Shown: positions 9,988 to 19,793, counted from the stretch's first letter. The stretch: 64,000 nt of DNA from an uncultured delta proteobacterium (GCA_963797235.1 CAWCOX010000008.1:229114-293113), one strand, 5' to 3'. Numbers and translations are program-made. Notes: generated by a model from the letters alone, not told the origin.

Positions 9988-11133
9988 CTATTCCACAAAG
10001 GCTGAGTCAAAATCCTTCCACACCGGGTCGTAGCCCGCCCGGCGGATGGCGGCCACCACCTCTTCCGGGCTGCGGCGGTCCTCGATCTCGAACTGCTCCA
10101 GGGCGGCGTCGTTGTCCAGGTGGGCGTAACCGCCGGGCCGGGTGGAAGAGCCGGCGCTCATCATGGTCACCCCCAGGGGGAGCAGGCGGTCCCTGAGGCC
10201 GGCGCTCTCCCGGGTGGAGAGGTTGAAGCCCACCTCCGGCAGAAAGAGCCGCAGGGCCAGCATCAACTGCACCAGCTCCCGGTCGGTGGGGAGATGCTGC
10301 ACCTGGAAGCGTTCCGGGGCGTGGCGCAGCCGCGGGAAGGAGATGGCGACCGCGCTCTGCCAGCACTCTTTCTGGAGCTGGCGGGCGTGCAGGCCCATCC
10401 AGAAGCCGTCGGCCCACCAGTGGTAGAGGCCGAGCAGCGCCCCGATACTGAGCCGGCGCACCCCGGCCCGGCCGGCCCGGGCCATGGCCTCCAGGCGGTA
10501 GTCGTAATCGCGCTTGCGGCCCCGCTGGTGCACCGCGGCGTAGGTCTCCCGGTGGTAGGTCTCCATGTAGAGGGTGACCCCTTCCAGGCCCCGGTCTACC
10601 AGGGCGCGGTAGCCCGCCTCCTCCAGGGCGTAAATTTCCACGGATACGGAGGCGAAATATTCCCGGGCGATGGCCACGGCCTGGGCCAGGTACGAAACCG
10701 GCGCCACCTTCGGGGCCTCGCCGGTGAGCAGCAGGATGTTCTGGAAGCCGTGCCCGGCCAGGACGGCGCATTCGGCGCGAATTTCAGCCATAGTTAAGGT
10801 GCGGCGTTCACCGAGGCTGCCGGAGTGCAGGGCATAGCCGCAGTAGAGGCAGTCGGAGTGGCAGATATTGGAGAGATAGATGGGGGCGTAGAGCCCGATG
10901 GTGCGGCCGAAGTGCTGCCGGGTGAGCCGGTGCGCCGCTTGGGCCATGTCCTCCAGGAACGGCAACGCGGCCGGCGACAGCAGGGCCGCCAGGTCCTCCG
11001 GGAATAACTGCTCCCGGCGAAAGGCCCGCTGGACGTCGGCCGGGCCGGCGCGGTCGATGGCCTGCCGCAGCCGCGCTTCGGGCCAGGCATTTAATATTTC
11101 AACGAAGGGGGAATTTATTGATTTATCTTCCAT
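9988..11133 (-). CDS. thiH: 2-iminoacetate synthase (radical SAM tyrosine lyase)
   Basis: YAPIYLSNICHSDCLYCGY (CxxxCxxC), YMETY, ISFPRLR, MSAGSSTRPGGY, EQFEIEDRRS, WKDFD; thi operon context. Confidence 0.94.
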   Translation of the reverse strand: MEDKSINSPFVEILNAWPEARLRQAIDRAGPADVQRAFRREQLFPEDLAALLSPAALPFLEDMAQAAHRLTRQHFGRTIGLYAPIYLSNICHSDCLYCGYALHSGSLGERRTLTMAEIRAECAVLAGHGFQNILLLTGEAPKVAPVSYLAQAVAIAREYFASVSVEIYALEEAGYRALVDRGLEGVTLYMETYHRETYAAVHQRGRKRDYDYRLEAMARAGRAGVRRLSIGALLGLYHWWADGFWMGLHARQLQKECWQSAVAISFPRLRHAPERFQVQHLPTDRELVQLMLALRLFLPEVGFNLSTRESAGLRDRLLPLGVTMMSAGSSTRPGGYAHLDNDAALEQFEIEDRRSPEEVVAAIRRAGYDPVWKDFDSAFVE

Positions 11134-11145
11134 AAAGGATTTTAT

Positions 11146-11236
11146 CTCGTTCCCAAGCCTTGCTTGGGAAGGCATTTTCCGCCAAGCTGAGCTTGGCAAA
11201 TCATTTTTGCGTTCCCAAGTGCAACTTGGGAACGAG
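11146..11236. repeat. Palindromic repeat family D (CTCGTTCCCAAG...CTTGGGAACGAG)
   Basis: 12-bp terminal inverted repeat with three internal CCAAG/CTTGG hairpins; direct-repeat copy at 12132-12220. Confidence 0.8.
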
Positions 11237-11290
11237 TGGAAAGATAGTTAAACAGCAGCGAGCGCCATTAGGCCCCTGGTGCGCTCGGCT

Positions 11291-12100
11291 TCAGAGGGTT
11301 TCGCGTTCGCAGGAATCGGCCAACCATTGGAACGGTCCGACGTGCGCCGAAAGGCTGCCGGTAAACGGGCTGTCCAGCGAGAAGATGAGATAGAAGGCCA
11401 GTCCCACGACTGCGGAGAGACCCAGCAGCAGCGCCGCCCAGACTTCGGTTGACCTGGCAACAAACAGACCGTGAAAAGCGAATAACACGAAGGCGCCGGC
11501 AATGAGCAGAGGCCAGAGGGCCGCGGCACTGCCGCCGCCGACGCTTTGCAGCCGTTTGCGCCGGGCATCGAGCCAGTTGTTGAGCATGACGAGAGCCTGC
11601 TCGAAAACTGTGGTTTCCCGGGCGCTGGCGGGCTCGAGGAATTGCACGGCGCGAATCAAGGCCTGGGCGGACTCGCTGCTGAGATCCTGGGACACCACCG
11701 CCCCGCGGGCGACTTCGGCCAGCACCTGCCATTCGCCGATCACCTCGGTCGCATAGGCAATCGCCACGGTGCGGATTTTCTTGGTGTGCTCAGATGGAAA
11801 AGCGTCGACGATATGGATCAGGCCCAAGAGGGCAGCCGCTTCGGTCTGCACCGAGGCCACGGCGGCGCTGAAGTTCTGCCAGACTCCCGAAACCGCAAAG
11901 GCGAGCAGAATCGCATAGATGGTCCCGAGGACTTCATAGACGGCTAACGTCAGTCCGGTGTCCGCCACCAACTGGTTCAGGTCAAACAGGGCCCGGATGG
12001 CCAGCGCCGCGGCGAATGCCACAGTCACCGTAGCGCCGACGATAATCACGGCCTGCAGTTTTTCGGGTAAGGCTAAGAGGAACGGCCGGATTCTGGGCAT
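11291..12100 (-). CDS. DUF4239/bestrophin-like membrane protein
   Basis: GTIYAILLAFAVSGVW, EAAAL, DARRKRL, LDSPFTGSL; about 4 TM segments. Confidence 0.75.
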   Translation of the reverse strand: MPRIRPFLLALPEKLQAVIIVGATVTVAFAAALAIRALFDLNQLVADTGLTLAVYEVLGTIYAILLAFAVSGVWQNFSAAVASVQTEAAALLGLIHIVDAFPSEHTKKIRTVAIAYATEVIGEWQVLAEVARGAVVSQDLSSESAQALIRAVQFLEPASARETTVFEQALVMLNNWLDARRKRLQSVGGGSAAALWPLLIAGAFVLFAFHGLFVARSTEVWAALLLGLSAVVGLAFYLIFSLDSPFTGSLSAHVGPFQWLADSCERETL

Positions 12101-12131
12101 CTCTGAGGTGACCTCTTGATTGCTCTTCTTT

Positions 12132-12220
12132 CTCGTTCTCAAGCTGGCTTGGGAATGTATTTACCCCGCCAGGCTGAGTTCGGCAACTATTGTCGTTTCC
12201 AAGTGCAACTTGGGAACGAG
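12132..12220. repeat. Palindromic repeat family D, second copy
   Basis: CTCGTTCTCAAG...CCAAGTGCAACTTGGGAACGAG. Confidence 0.8.
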
Positions 12221-12248
12221 GGAAAACGAGGGGAACCCAACGCGAGGC

Positions 12249-12497
12249 TCATTCTCCTGATTTAGTCCGCCGGCTGGAGGGCTTGGTTGGTCGAGTCGAT
12301 TTCCGGGCCAGTTCGATCAAGGAGCGCAGCGCCTCATTCACCGCTTCTTCAGTGGGAAAGGCTTGGGCCACATCCGGACTGAGCAGGACCAAATTAGTGG
12401 CGCCACGGGAAGCTTCCAGATACTTGCCGCGTACGCCGGGACCCAGGTCCTCACGGCGATATTCCGGACGCAAATCGTCAGACTTATCCTTCTTCAT
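12249..12497 (-). CDS. BrnA-like antitoxin-type small protein (orphan)
   Basis: DDLRPEY, GVRGKY, NLVLLSPDVAQAFPTEEAVNEALRSL resemble proteins usually encoded downstream of BrnT toxins. Confidence 0.65.
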   Translation of the reverse strand: MKKDKSDDLRPEYRREDLGPGVRGKYLEASRGATNLVLLSPDVAQAFPTEEAVNEALRSLIELARKSTRPTKPSSRRTKSGE

Positions 12498-12507
12498 AGA
12501 TTTGGTT

Positions 12508-13428
12508 TCATTCCTCAATTAATCCCACGATTTCATAAAGGTTGTATTTGCCGGTTTTGCCGGGGAGGGTGAGGCGGACCTGTTGGCCTAGGCGGACCTG
12601 GTCCTGGACCAGGGCGTAGGTGTCTTCGGAGATGAGGAACTGGGTGCCGGCTGCCTTGTTGGCGGTCTCGACGCGGCTGGCGAGATTCACCGTATCGCCG
12701 ATGACCGTCAGCTTTTTATGGCCCGGGGAGCCGACCTTGCCCGCCACCACCTGGCCGTAGTGGAGGCCGACGCGAATTTGAAAACTCTGATGATATAAAT
12801 CCTCCAGATAAGGCTTGAGGTTCTGGACGGCGTCCAGCAGCCCCAGGCCCGCCTTGACCGCCCGCAAGGCCCCTTCGGAGGCCTCGTCGGCCTCAAAGAG
12901 TGCCATGAAACCGTCACCCATATAGTTATTAATAGTCCCGCCATGACGTTCAATCACTTTGCCCGCTTGCTGGAAGTAGAGGTTCAGGACGTGAATGACA
13001 TCGTAATGCAGCAGCTTCTCGGCAAAGGGGGTGAATCCCCGGATATCGGCAAAGAGGATCAGGAGATGCTTTTCGACCCCGATGGAGCAAGGATCCACGC
13101 CTTCGACGTAGAGGCTGTCCACATCCACATCTTCCAGAACATCGGTCACCATGCGCCGCAGTTTGACGTTCCCCGTGACCACGGTCTGGCAGGCCAGCCG
13201 CACCTGGGGCTCGAACTGCAACATGTCGGCGATGGCCTGCTCTTCGGCATTGCGGGGGGCGCAATTTTCCAGCCCCTCCAGAATAATGACGCGGCAGGTG
13301 GAGCAGCGGGCGCCGCCGCCACAGAAAGAAGCGTGCGGGATGCCGGCCCGGAGCGCGGCCTGGAGAATCGTCTCACCTTCATGGGCGTGAATCTTTTGGT
13401 TATCCGGCAGGAAGTTGAGTAGAGGCAT
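12508..13428 (-). CDS. 2Fe-2S ferredoxin-class III nucleotide cyclase fusion
   Basis: CGGGARCSTC...RLAC; LFADIRGFT, YMGDGFMALF, TVIGDTVNLASRVE. Confidence 0.9.
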   Translation of the reverse strand: MPLLNFLPDNQKIHAHEGETILQAALRAGIPHASFCGGGARCSTCRVIILEGLENCAPRNAEEQAIADMLQFEPQVRLACQTVVTGNVKLRRMVTDVLEDVDVDSLYVEGVDPCSIGVEKHLLILFADIRGFTPFAEKLLHYDVIHVLNLYFQQAGKVIERHGGTINNYMGDGFMALFEADEASEGALRAVKAGLGLLDAVQNLKPYLEDLYHQSFQIRVGLHYGQVVAGKVGSPGHKKLTVIGDTVNLASRVETANKAAGTQFLISEDTYALVQDQVRLGQQVRLTLPGKTGKYNLYEIVGLIEE

Positions 13429-13447
13429 ATTGACCCCCCTTATTTTA

Positions 13448-13710
13448 CTCTGGTTCTCAAGCGGAGCTTGGGAACCGGAAAAATCCCCCCTGCCCCCCTG
13501 TTTCAAAGGGGGGTTTTAAAGTCCCCGTTTGGAAAAGGGGGATTTAGGGGGATTGGCAGTCTTATAATGGTGCGTGGAACGCACCCTACACTTCACAGGC
13601 TGGAAGCCGGCGCTACCTGTCTAGAGGGGAGGGTGGCAACTGGTCGCTGTTGCCAACCCAAAGACGATACCACCCCCACCCTAACCCTCCCCCCTCGCAG
13701 GGGGAGGGGA
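13448..13710. repeat. Cluster of stacked REP-like palindromes (partial D, B, two CTAC-ending REPs, C)
   Basis: GGTTCTCAAGCGGAGCTTGGGAACC; AAATCCCCCC...GGGGGATT; GGTGCGTGGAACGCACCCTAC; CAGGCTGGAAGCCGGCGCTAC; CCCCACCCTAACCCTCCCCCCTCGCAGGGGGAGGGG. Confidence 0.75.
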
Positions 13711-13793
13711 TTTTTCCGTCCTTCTCTGGATGGCAAGGATTATTCCCTTATCCATCGTCGGGCAAATATTTATGCTTCACGTATAAAACCACC

Positions 13794-14588
13794 CTACTCC
13801 AAAAATCCCGTTAAGGGCGAAGAAGCCGGAGCGGCCTGCCGCTCCGGGCCCAGGCCCGAGAGGTAGGCCAGGCGGCCGGCCTCTACGCCCAGGGCGAAGG
13901 CCCGGGCCATGGCGGCGTGGTCCCGGGCGTCGGCCAGGGCGGTGTTCACCAGCACCGCGTCGGCGCCCAGCTCCATGGCCTCGGCGGCGTGGGAAGGGGC
14001 GCCCAGGCCGGCGTCCACCACCACCGGCACGGTGGCCTGCTCGATGATGATGCGGATCAGGTCCCGGGTCCGGACCCCCCGGTTGCTGCCGATGGGCGCG
14101 CCGAGCGGCATGACCGTGGCCGTGCCCAGCTCCTCCAGGCGCTTGGCCAGGACGGGATCGGCCTGGATGTAGGGCAAAACCACAAAGCCTGCTTTAATCA
14201 GCAGCTCCGCGGCCTTCAGGGTCTCCACCGGGTCCGGCAGCAGGTACTTGGGTTCGGGGGTGAGCTCCAGCTTCACCCAGTTAGGCAGGCCCATGGCCCG
14301 GGCCATTTTGGCCAGGCGCACGGCCTCCTCGGCGCTGCGGGCCCCGGAGGTGTTGGGCAGGATCAGGTACTTTTGGGGGTCCAACACCGAGAGGATGCTG
14401 TCGCTGGCCGGTTGGCCCAGGTCCACCCGGCGCAGGGCCACGGTGACGATTTCGGCCTCCGAGGCGTCCAGGGCGGCCTTCAGGGCCGCGGCGGAAGGGA
14501 ACTTCCCGGTGCCCACCATGAGGCGGGAGCGGAAGGCGCGGCCGGCGATGATTAGAGGATCATTCTTCATGAGATCAGCCAATAGCAT
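13794..14588 (-). CDS. thiG: Thiazole synthase
   Basis: [55 protein letters not shown]. Confidence 0.96.
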   Translation of the reverse strand: MLLADLMKNDPLIIAGRAFRSRLMVGTGKFPSAAALKAALDASEAEIVTVALRRVDLGQPASDSILSVLDPQKYLILPNTSGARSAEEAVRLAKMARAMGLPNWVKLELTPEPKYLLPDPVETLKAAELLIKAGFVVLPYIQADPVLAKRLEELGTATVMPLGAPIGSNRGVRTRDLIRIIIEQATVPVVVDAGLGAPSHAAEAMELGADAVLVNTALADARDHAAMARAFALGVEAGRLAYLSGLGPERQAAPASSPLTGFLE

Positions 14589-14591
14589 AAT

Positions 14592-14720
14592 TTTACCACC
14601 AAGGCACCAAGGACACCAAGAATTCACCAAGAAATGCCTCTGAAATTTGGCGCTGGAAGCGCCAAATTTCAGGATGTTATACTTGGTGGACCTTGGTGCT
14701 CTTGGTGTCTTGGTGGTAAA
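14592..14720. repeat. 129-bp nested inverted-repeat element (MITE/REPIN-like, family E)
   Basis: TTTACCACCAAGGCACCAAG arm, central CTGAAATTTGGCGC/GCGCCAAATTTCAG stem, CTTGGTGTCTTGGTGGTAAA arm. Confidence 0.75.
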
Positions 14721-14737
14721 TCTTTTTATGCCTCTCG

Positions 14738-15517
14738 TTATGGCGTCTTCGTCCCGCAGAGCGGACAGTCAGCCCGTTTTACCCGGTCCACGGTTTGAAA
14801 CCTGCCCTGGAGTCCGTCATAGGCCAGGAGGCGGCGGCTCAGGTCCGATTCCCGGCCCAAGAGCAGCTTCAGGGCCTCCACTGCCTGGAGGCAGCCCATG
14901 ACCCCGGCCACCGCGCCCAGGATGCCCGCCTCGTGTGCCGCAGGCACGGCCGCCGCCGGGGGCGTCTCGGGCACCAGGCAACGGTAACAGGGGTTGGCCG
15001 CCCCGGGCCATTGCACCAGAAGTTGGCCGTGCCAGCCGGTGGCCGCGGCCGACACCAGGGGAATCCCCTGTCGCCAGCAATACTCCGCCAAGAGGAAGCG
15101 AGTCATAAAATTGTCGCTGGCGTCCAGCACCAGCTCAAAGCCCGGCACGACTTCCCGGACGTTGGCCGGGTCCAGGCGCAGGTCAAAGGTCTCCAGCCGG
15201 CAGTGGGGGGTCAGGGCCGCCAAGGACTCCGCAGCCGAGGCCACCTTCCGGCGCCCCAGGTCAGCGGTGCGGTGGAGAATCTGGCGCTGGAGGTTGGACA
15301 ATTCCACTGCGTCGCGGTCCACTATTCCCAGGCGACCCACTCCGGCGGCGGCGAGATAGAGCAGGGCGGCGGAGCCGAGGCCCCCGGCCCCCACCACCAA
15401 TACCTTCCCGGCGCGCCAGCGGGCCTGGCCTTCCCAGCCCACCTGGTCCAGGAGGGCGTTCCGGGAATAGCGCCGGGTCTCTTCGGCTGAAAAGTCCGTT
15501 CCGGGTTTGGTCTGCAT
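14738..15517 (-). CDS. thiF: ThiF/MoeB family ThiS adenylyltransferase
   Basis: [36 protein letters not shown]; heads the thi cluster. Confidence 0.88.
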   Translation of the reverse strand: MQTKPGTDFSAEETRRYSRNALLDQVGWEGQARWRAGKVLVVGAGGLGSAALLYLAAAGVGRLGIVDRDAVELSNLQRQILHRTADLGRRKVASAAESLAALTPHCRLETFDLRLDPANVREVVPGFELVLDASDNFMTRFLLAEYCWRQGIPLVSAAATGWHGQLLVQWPGAANPCYRCLVPETPPAAAVPAAHEAGILGAVAGVMGCLQAVEALKLLLGRESDLSRRLLAYDGLQGRFQTVDRVKRADCPLCGTKTP

Positions 15518-15560
15518 CGGTTAACCGACCTCGGGGCCGCAGTAGCCGGTAAATTAAGGA

Positions 15561-15649
15561 TTGCCAAAAGCTGTTTCTGATTCCCCCTCACCCAAACCCT
15601 CTCCCCCCGTTGGGGGGAGAGGGGATTAAGAGGAAGGAACTTTTGGCAA
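15561..15649. repeat. Family C palindrome inside TTGCCAAAAG/CTTTTGGCAA inverted repeats
   Basis: CCCCTCACCCAAACCCTCTCCCCCCGTTGGGGGGAGAGGGG; relatives at 13674 and 54050. Confidence 0.72.
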
Positions 15650-15705
15650 ATGCTATAAATATCTTATTCTAATTATAAACTTCCGCAAGTCATCAGACAA
15701 TCTCC

Positions 15706-15760
15706 TTAGGGGCGCACCTGCGTGTGGGCGCTCAGGGCGGACACATAGGTCCGCCCCTAC
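15706..15760. repeat. REP doublet (REPIN), GTAG family A
   Basis: TAGGGGCGCACCTGCGTGTG...AGGGCGGACACATAGGTCCGCCCCTAC. Confidence 0.82.
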
Positions 15761-15854
15761 AATTCGGCCCCAAAAAGTCCTTAAAGGTCTTAAGGCCTTG
15801 CCTTGACAGACTTTCGCCATTTGGGTAACCTTCTAGAATGCCGGGAGGAAAAAA

Positions 15855-17282
15855 GTGGAATATGAGGCCGTAATCGGGCTGGAAGTCCACGCCCATCTGC
15901 TCACCGCCAGCAAGATTTTTTGCGGCTGCGCCACGGCCTTCGGGGCGCCGCCCAACACCCAGGTCTGCGAGGTCTGCCTGGGGATGCCCGGCTCGCTGCC
16001 GGTGCTGAACCGGAAGGCGGTGGAGTACGCCCTGAAGATGGCCCTGGCTACGGGCTGCGAGGTCGCGCCGGAGTCGGTCTTTGCCCGGAAAAACTATTTC
16101 TACCCCGACCTGCCCAAGGGCTACCAGATCTCCCAATACGAGCTGCCCCTGGCGGAGCACGGCCACCTGGATATCAAGGTCGACGGCCAGGCCAGGCGCA
16201 TCGGCATCACCCGGATTCATCTGGAGGAAGACGCCGGGAAACTGGTGCACAGCGAATCCCGGCCGGTGAGTTTCGTGGACTTCAACCGCACCGGGGTGCC
16301 TCTGATCGAGATCGTCTCCGAGCCGGACCTGAAGAGCCCCGACGAGGCGGTGGAGTACCTCAAGGGCCTGCGCAACATCCTGCTCTATCTGGAGATTTGC
16401 GACGGCAATATGGAGGAGGGCTCCTTCCGCTGCGACGCCAACATTTCGCTTAGGCCGGTGGGCGCCAGGGAATTGGGGGTCAAGGTCGAGCTGAAGAATA
16501 TGAACTCCTTCCGCTTCATCAAGGCGGGCCTGGAGTTCGAGATCAAGCGGCAGCGGGCCAATTTGGCGGCAGGCCGGGAGATCGTCCAGGAGACCCGCCT
16601 CTGGGACACGGCCCAAAACCAGACCTTCTCCATGCGGGGCAAGGAAGAGGCCCACGACTACCGCTATTTCCCGGACCCGGACCTGGTGCCGGTGCGCATC
16701 GACCCCGATTGGTTGGAATCCTTACGAAAAAACCTGGTGGAGTTGCCCAAGGCGCGGCTCCAGCGCTTCCAGGCGGAGTACGGCCTGCCGGAATACGACG
16801 CCGAGGTGCTGACCTCAGAAAGAGATTTGGCTGATTATTTCGAAAGGACCGTCCAGGAGTTTCCCCATCCAAAAAAGGTTAGCAACTGGATAATGTCAGA
16901 ATCCCTAAGGGATTGGAGCAAAGATTTTTCGGGAATTACTTACTACCGGGTCTCCCCCACAGCGCTAGGGCAATTGCTATCTTTGATTGAAAAGGGCACC
17001 ATTAGCGGGAAAATAGCCAAGACGGTGTTTGAAGACATGATGAAAACCGGCCGGATGCCGGATGATATCATCAAGGAAAAGGGCTTGGTCCAGATTAGCG
17101 ATACCGGGGCCCTAGAGGCCGTGGCCCAGGAGATCATCGACGCCAACCCCAAGGAAGCCGCGGATTTCAAGGCCGGCAAGACCAAGGTGCTGGGCTTTTT
17201 CGTGGGCCAACTGATGAAGAAGACCAAGGGCCAGGCGAATCCGCAACTGGCAAACGAGATTTTTCAGAAACTGCTGGGATAG
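15855..17282 (+). CDS. gatB: Asp-tRNA(Asn)/Glu-tRNA(Gln) amidotransferase subunit B
   Basis: [50 protein letters not shown]. Confidence 0.97.
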   Translation: MEYEAVIGLEVHAHLLTASKIFCGCATAFGAPPNTQVCEVCLGMPGSLPVLNRKAVEYALKMALATGCEVAPESVFARKNYFYPDLPKGYQISQYELPLAEHGHLDIKVDGQARRIGITRIHLEEDAGKLVHSESRPVSFVDFNRTGVPLIEIVSEPDLKSPDEAVEYLKGLRNILLYLEICDGNMEEGSFRCDANISLRPVGARELGVKVELKNMNSFRFIKAGLEFEIKRQRANLAAGREIVQETRLWDTAQNQTFSMRGKEEAHDYRYFPDPDLVPVRIDPDWLESLRKNLVELPKARLQRFQAEYGLPEYDAEVLTSERDLADYFERTVQEFPHPKKVSNWIMSESLRDWSKDFSGITYYRVSPTALGQLLSLIEKGTISGKIAKTVFEDMMKTGRMPDDIIKEKGLVQISDTGALEAVAQEIIDANPKEAADFKAGKTKVLGFFVGQLMKKTKGQANPQLANEIFQKLLG

Positions 17283-17345
17283 CTGTTTTTTTTAAGGAAT
17301 TGGTGGGCAGTGCCCACCCTACATTTCTTCTGAACAGGAACCATT

Positions 17346-17693
17346 ATGCCTGATCAAGCGGATAAACTGGTAATTCTCTGGACTTCCCAAGATAAGGAAG
17401 TGGCCCAGAAAATGGTCTTTATGTATGCCAAGAATTCTAAACTGCGGGATTGGTGGGGCCAGGTTTGTCTGATTATCTGGGGGCCTGCCGCCAGGTTGAT
17501 GGCCACCGATGCGGAGTTGCAAGAAGAGCTGGAAGAGCTGAAACACGCCGGAGTGAAATTGCAGGCTTGCAAAGCCTGCGCCGATCAGTACGGGGTTTCG
17601 GAAAAATTGGCTGACCTGGGGGTAGAGGTTATTTTCATGGGATTACCGCTGACCAATTATCTGAAAGGAGATTGGGAAGTCCTGTCCATTTGA
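17346..17693 (+). CDS. DsrE family protein
   Basis: KLVILWTS, MVFMYAKNS, LIIWGP, ACKACAD. Confidence 0.8.
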   Translation: MPDQADKLVILWTSQDKEVAQKMVFMYAKNSKLRDWWGQVCLIIWGPAARLMATDAELQEELEELKHAGVKLQACKACADQYGVSEKLADLGVEVIFMGLPLTNYLKGDWEVLSI

Positions 17694-17728
17694 TTTAATT
17701 TCCACAGGAATTTCAGAATAATCACCCT

Positions 17729-18796
17729 ATGAGAGTGAGGGAAGACATGATCCCCTATTGCAGCATCTGCTGGGATGTCGACAAAATCAAGCTGCTCGAT
17801 CAACGGAAACTGCCCCGGGAAGAGATTTATCTGGACATCCGGGACTACCGCGAGGTCATCGAGGCCATCAAGACTCTGGCCATCCGGGGAGCCCCGGCCA
17901 TCGGGGTGGCGGCGGCCATGGGCGCCGCCCTGGGGGCCCTGGAGATTCAGACCGATGACGGCCGCGAGTTTCAAAGGCGGTTCCTGGAGATCTGCCGGGA
18001 GATCGCCGCGGCCCGGCCCACCGCGGTGAACCTCTTCTGGGCCCTGGACCGGGTGCAGCGCCTGGTCCAGGACCATGCCGACGAGCCGGTGCCGGCCCTC
18101 AAGGATTACCTGGTGATCGAGGCCCAGGCCATGCTGAAGGAAGACGAGACCTGCAACCGGCGGATGGGCCAGGCCGGCCAGGTCGTGATCACCGAGGGCA
18201 TGCGGGTCCTGACCCACTGCAACACCGGGGCCCTGGCCACCGGCGCCTACGGCACCGCCCTGGGGGTCCTGCGGGCCGCCTGGGAGGCCGGCAAGCGCTT
18301 CTCCGTATGGGTGGACGAGACCCGGCCGCTGCTCCAGGGGGCCCGCCTCACCACCTGGGAGTTGGGCAAGCTGGGGATTCCCTATACCCTGATCCCGGAC
18401 GGCGCAGCGGCCACCCTGATGCACCAGGGCCGGGTTGACCTGGTGATCCTGGGCGCCGACCGCATCGCCGCCAACGGCGATACCGCCAATAAGATCGGCA
18501 CCTACAGCGTGGCGGTCCTGGCCTACCACCACGGCATTCCGTTCTACGTGGCCGCGCCCCTGTCCACCGTCGATTATGCCATCCCCGACGGCACCCACAT
18601 CCCGGTGGAAGAACGCGCCGGGGAAGAAGTGACGCACCTCAGGGGCGAGCCGGTGGCCCCGCCCGGCGCCACGGCCCTGAACCTGGCCTTCGATGTTACC
18701 CCCAGCGACATGATTTCAGGTATAATTACAGAAAAAGGGGTGCTGAAGCCGCCCTATACTTCCAGCTTGAAGCCGTTCAGGCCGCATCAGGAGTGA
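17729..18796 (+). CDS. mtnA: S-methyl-5-thioribose-1-phosphate isomerase
   Basis: LLDQRKLP, IRGAPAIG, RPTAVNL, LTHCNTGALAT, ETRPLLQGARLT, NKIGTY. Confidence 0.95.
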   Translation: MRVREDMIPYCSICWDVDKIKLLDQRKLPREEIYLDIRDYREVIEAIKTLAIRGAPAIGVAAAMGAALGALEIQTDDGREFQRRFLEICREIAAARPTAVNLFWALDRVQRLVQDHADEPVPALKDYLVIEAQAMLKEDETCNRRMGQAGQVVITEGMRVLTHCNTGALATGAYGTALGVLRAAWEAGKRFSVWVDETRPLLQGARLTTWELGKLGIPYTLIPDGAAATLMHQGRVDLVILGADRIAANGDTANKIGTYSVAVLAYHHGIPFYVAAPLSTVDYAIPDGTHIPVEERAGEEVTHLRGEPVAPPGATALNLAFDVTPSDMISGIITEKGVLKPPYTSSLKPFRPHQE

Positions 18797-18800
18797 GTTT

Positions 18801-19793
18801 ATGCGTAAACTGGCCATGCCTCTGGCGATCTTTATCATCTGCAGCCTGGCGCTGCCGGCCTGGGCCGGCGGGCCTTTCAACATCCGGCCGCCCGCCACTA
18901 ATGCCGGGGTCGATCCCCAGGCGGTGACGGTGATCGGCTCGCCGCAGCACCATATGACCAGAAAAGGCGAAGACCTGCTGGACGTCTCCCGAAAATATGA
19001 CCTGGGGTGGACGGAAATCGGCGCCATGTATCGCCAGTGGGACCCGTGGCTGCCGCCGCCGGGCGTGGATATGCTCATCCCCACCATGTGGATCGTGCCC
19101 ACCGGGCATACCGCCCAGATCGTGGTAAATACGGGGGAGATGCGCCTCTATTATTTCGTCAATAAAGGCACCCAGGTCTATACCTACCCCATCGGCATGG
19201 GGGTGCTGGATTACAAAACCCCCACCGGCAATTTTCACGTGAACCAAAAGATTGTGAATCCGGCTTGGCACATCCCCAAGCATCTGCAGGCCAAATACCA
19301 GATGGAGGTCATGCCCGCCGGGCCGGATAACCCCATGGGCGCCTTTAAGCTGGGTCTGAACTGGGGCGACTACGGCATCCACGGCTGCGACCTGCCCTGG
19401 GCCGTGGGCCGCCTGGTGAGCCATGGCTGCACCCGCCTCTATCCGGAAGATATCAAGAAGCTTTATCCCGCGGTGCCCATGGGCACCATGGTGGAGTACA
19501 TCTATGAGCCGGCCAAGATCGGCTTCCGGAGCGGCCGGGTCTTCCTATCGGTGCACGACGACGTCTATTTCAAGATCCGCTCCATGATCCTGCACGTGCT
19601 CAGTATGATTGAGCGGCAGGGGCTGTCGAACCAGGTGGATATGCGCAAGGTGCTGCAAACGGTGGAGGAGCAGACCGGCATGCCCATAGACGTCACCCGG
19701 GGGGCAGGAGAGCAGCGGAGGCCAGATGAGTCAAAACTAGTTAGCCTGGCTACGGCTGAACTTTATCAGGACTCTGGGAGGGGCGGTTCCTAA
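18801..19793 (+). CDS. L,D-transpeptidase (ErfK/YbiS/YcfS type)
   Basis: Signal peptide, YPIGMG, PAGPDNPMG, YGIHG...VSHGCTRL catalytic motif. Confidence 0.92.
   Translation: MRKLAMPLAIFIICSLALPAWAGGPFNIRPPATNAGVDPQAVTVIGSPQHHMTRKGEDLLDVSRKYDLGWTEIGAMYRQWDPWLPPPGVDMLIPTMWIVPTGHTAQIVVNTGEMRLYYFVNKGTQVYTYPIGMGVLDYKTPTGNFHVNQKIVNPAWHIPKHLQAKYQMEVMPAGPDNPMGAFKLGLNWGDYGIHGCDLPWAVGRLVSHGCTRLYPEDIKKLYPAVPMGTMVEYIYEPAKIGFRSGRVFLSVHDDVYFKIRSMILHVLSMIERQGLSNQVDMRKVLQTVEEQTGMPIDVTRGAGEQRRPDESKLVSLATAELYQDSGRGGS

Noticed and set aside
11146-12220. CRISPR array or integron attC array
   Set aside because: Only 2-3 degenerate repeats separated by whole genes; no regular spacers, cas genes, integrase or clear attC core sites
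12249-13428. Pycsar-type antiphage system (cyclase plus membrane effector)
   Set aside because: The neighbouring membrane protein has no cNMP-binding domain, and the cyclase has a ferredoxin fusion rather than a Pycsar architecture
15518-15854. TPP riboswitch upstream of the thi operon
   Set aside because: No CUGAGA core was seen on the minus strand; the region is occupied by REP-like elements
16815-17115. DGR variable region in gatB
   Set aside because: No template repeat or reverse transcriptase in the window; kept only as a composition anomaly
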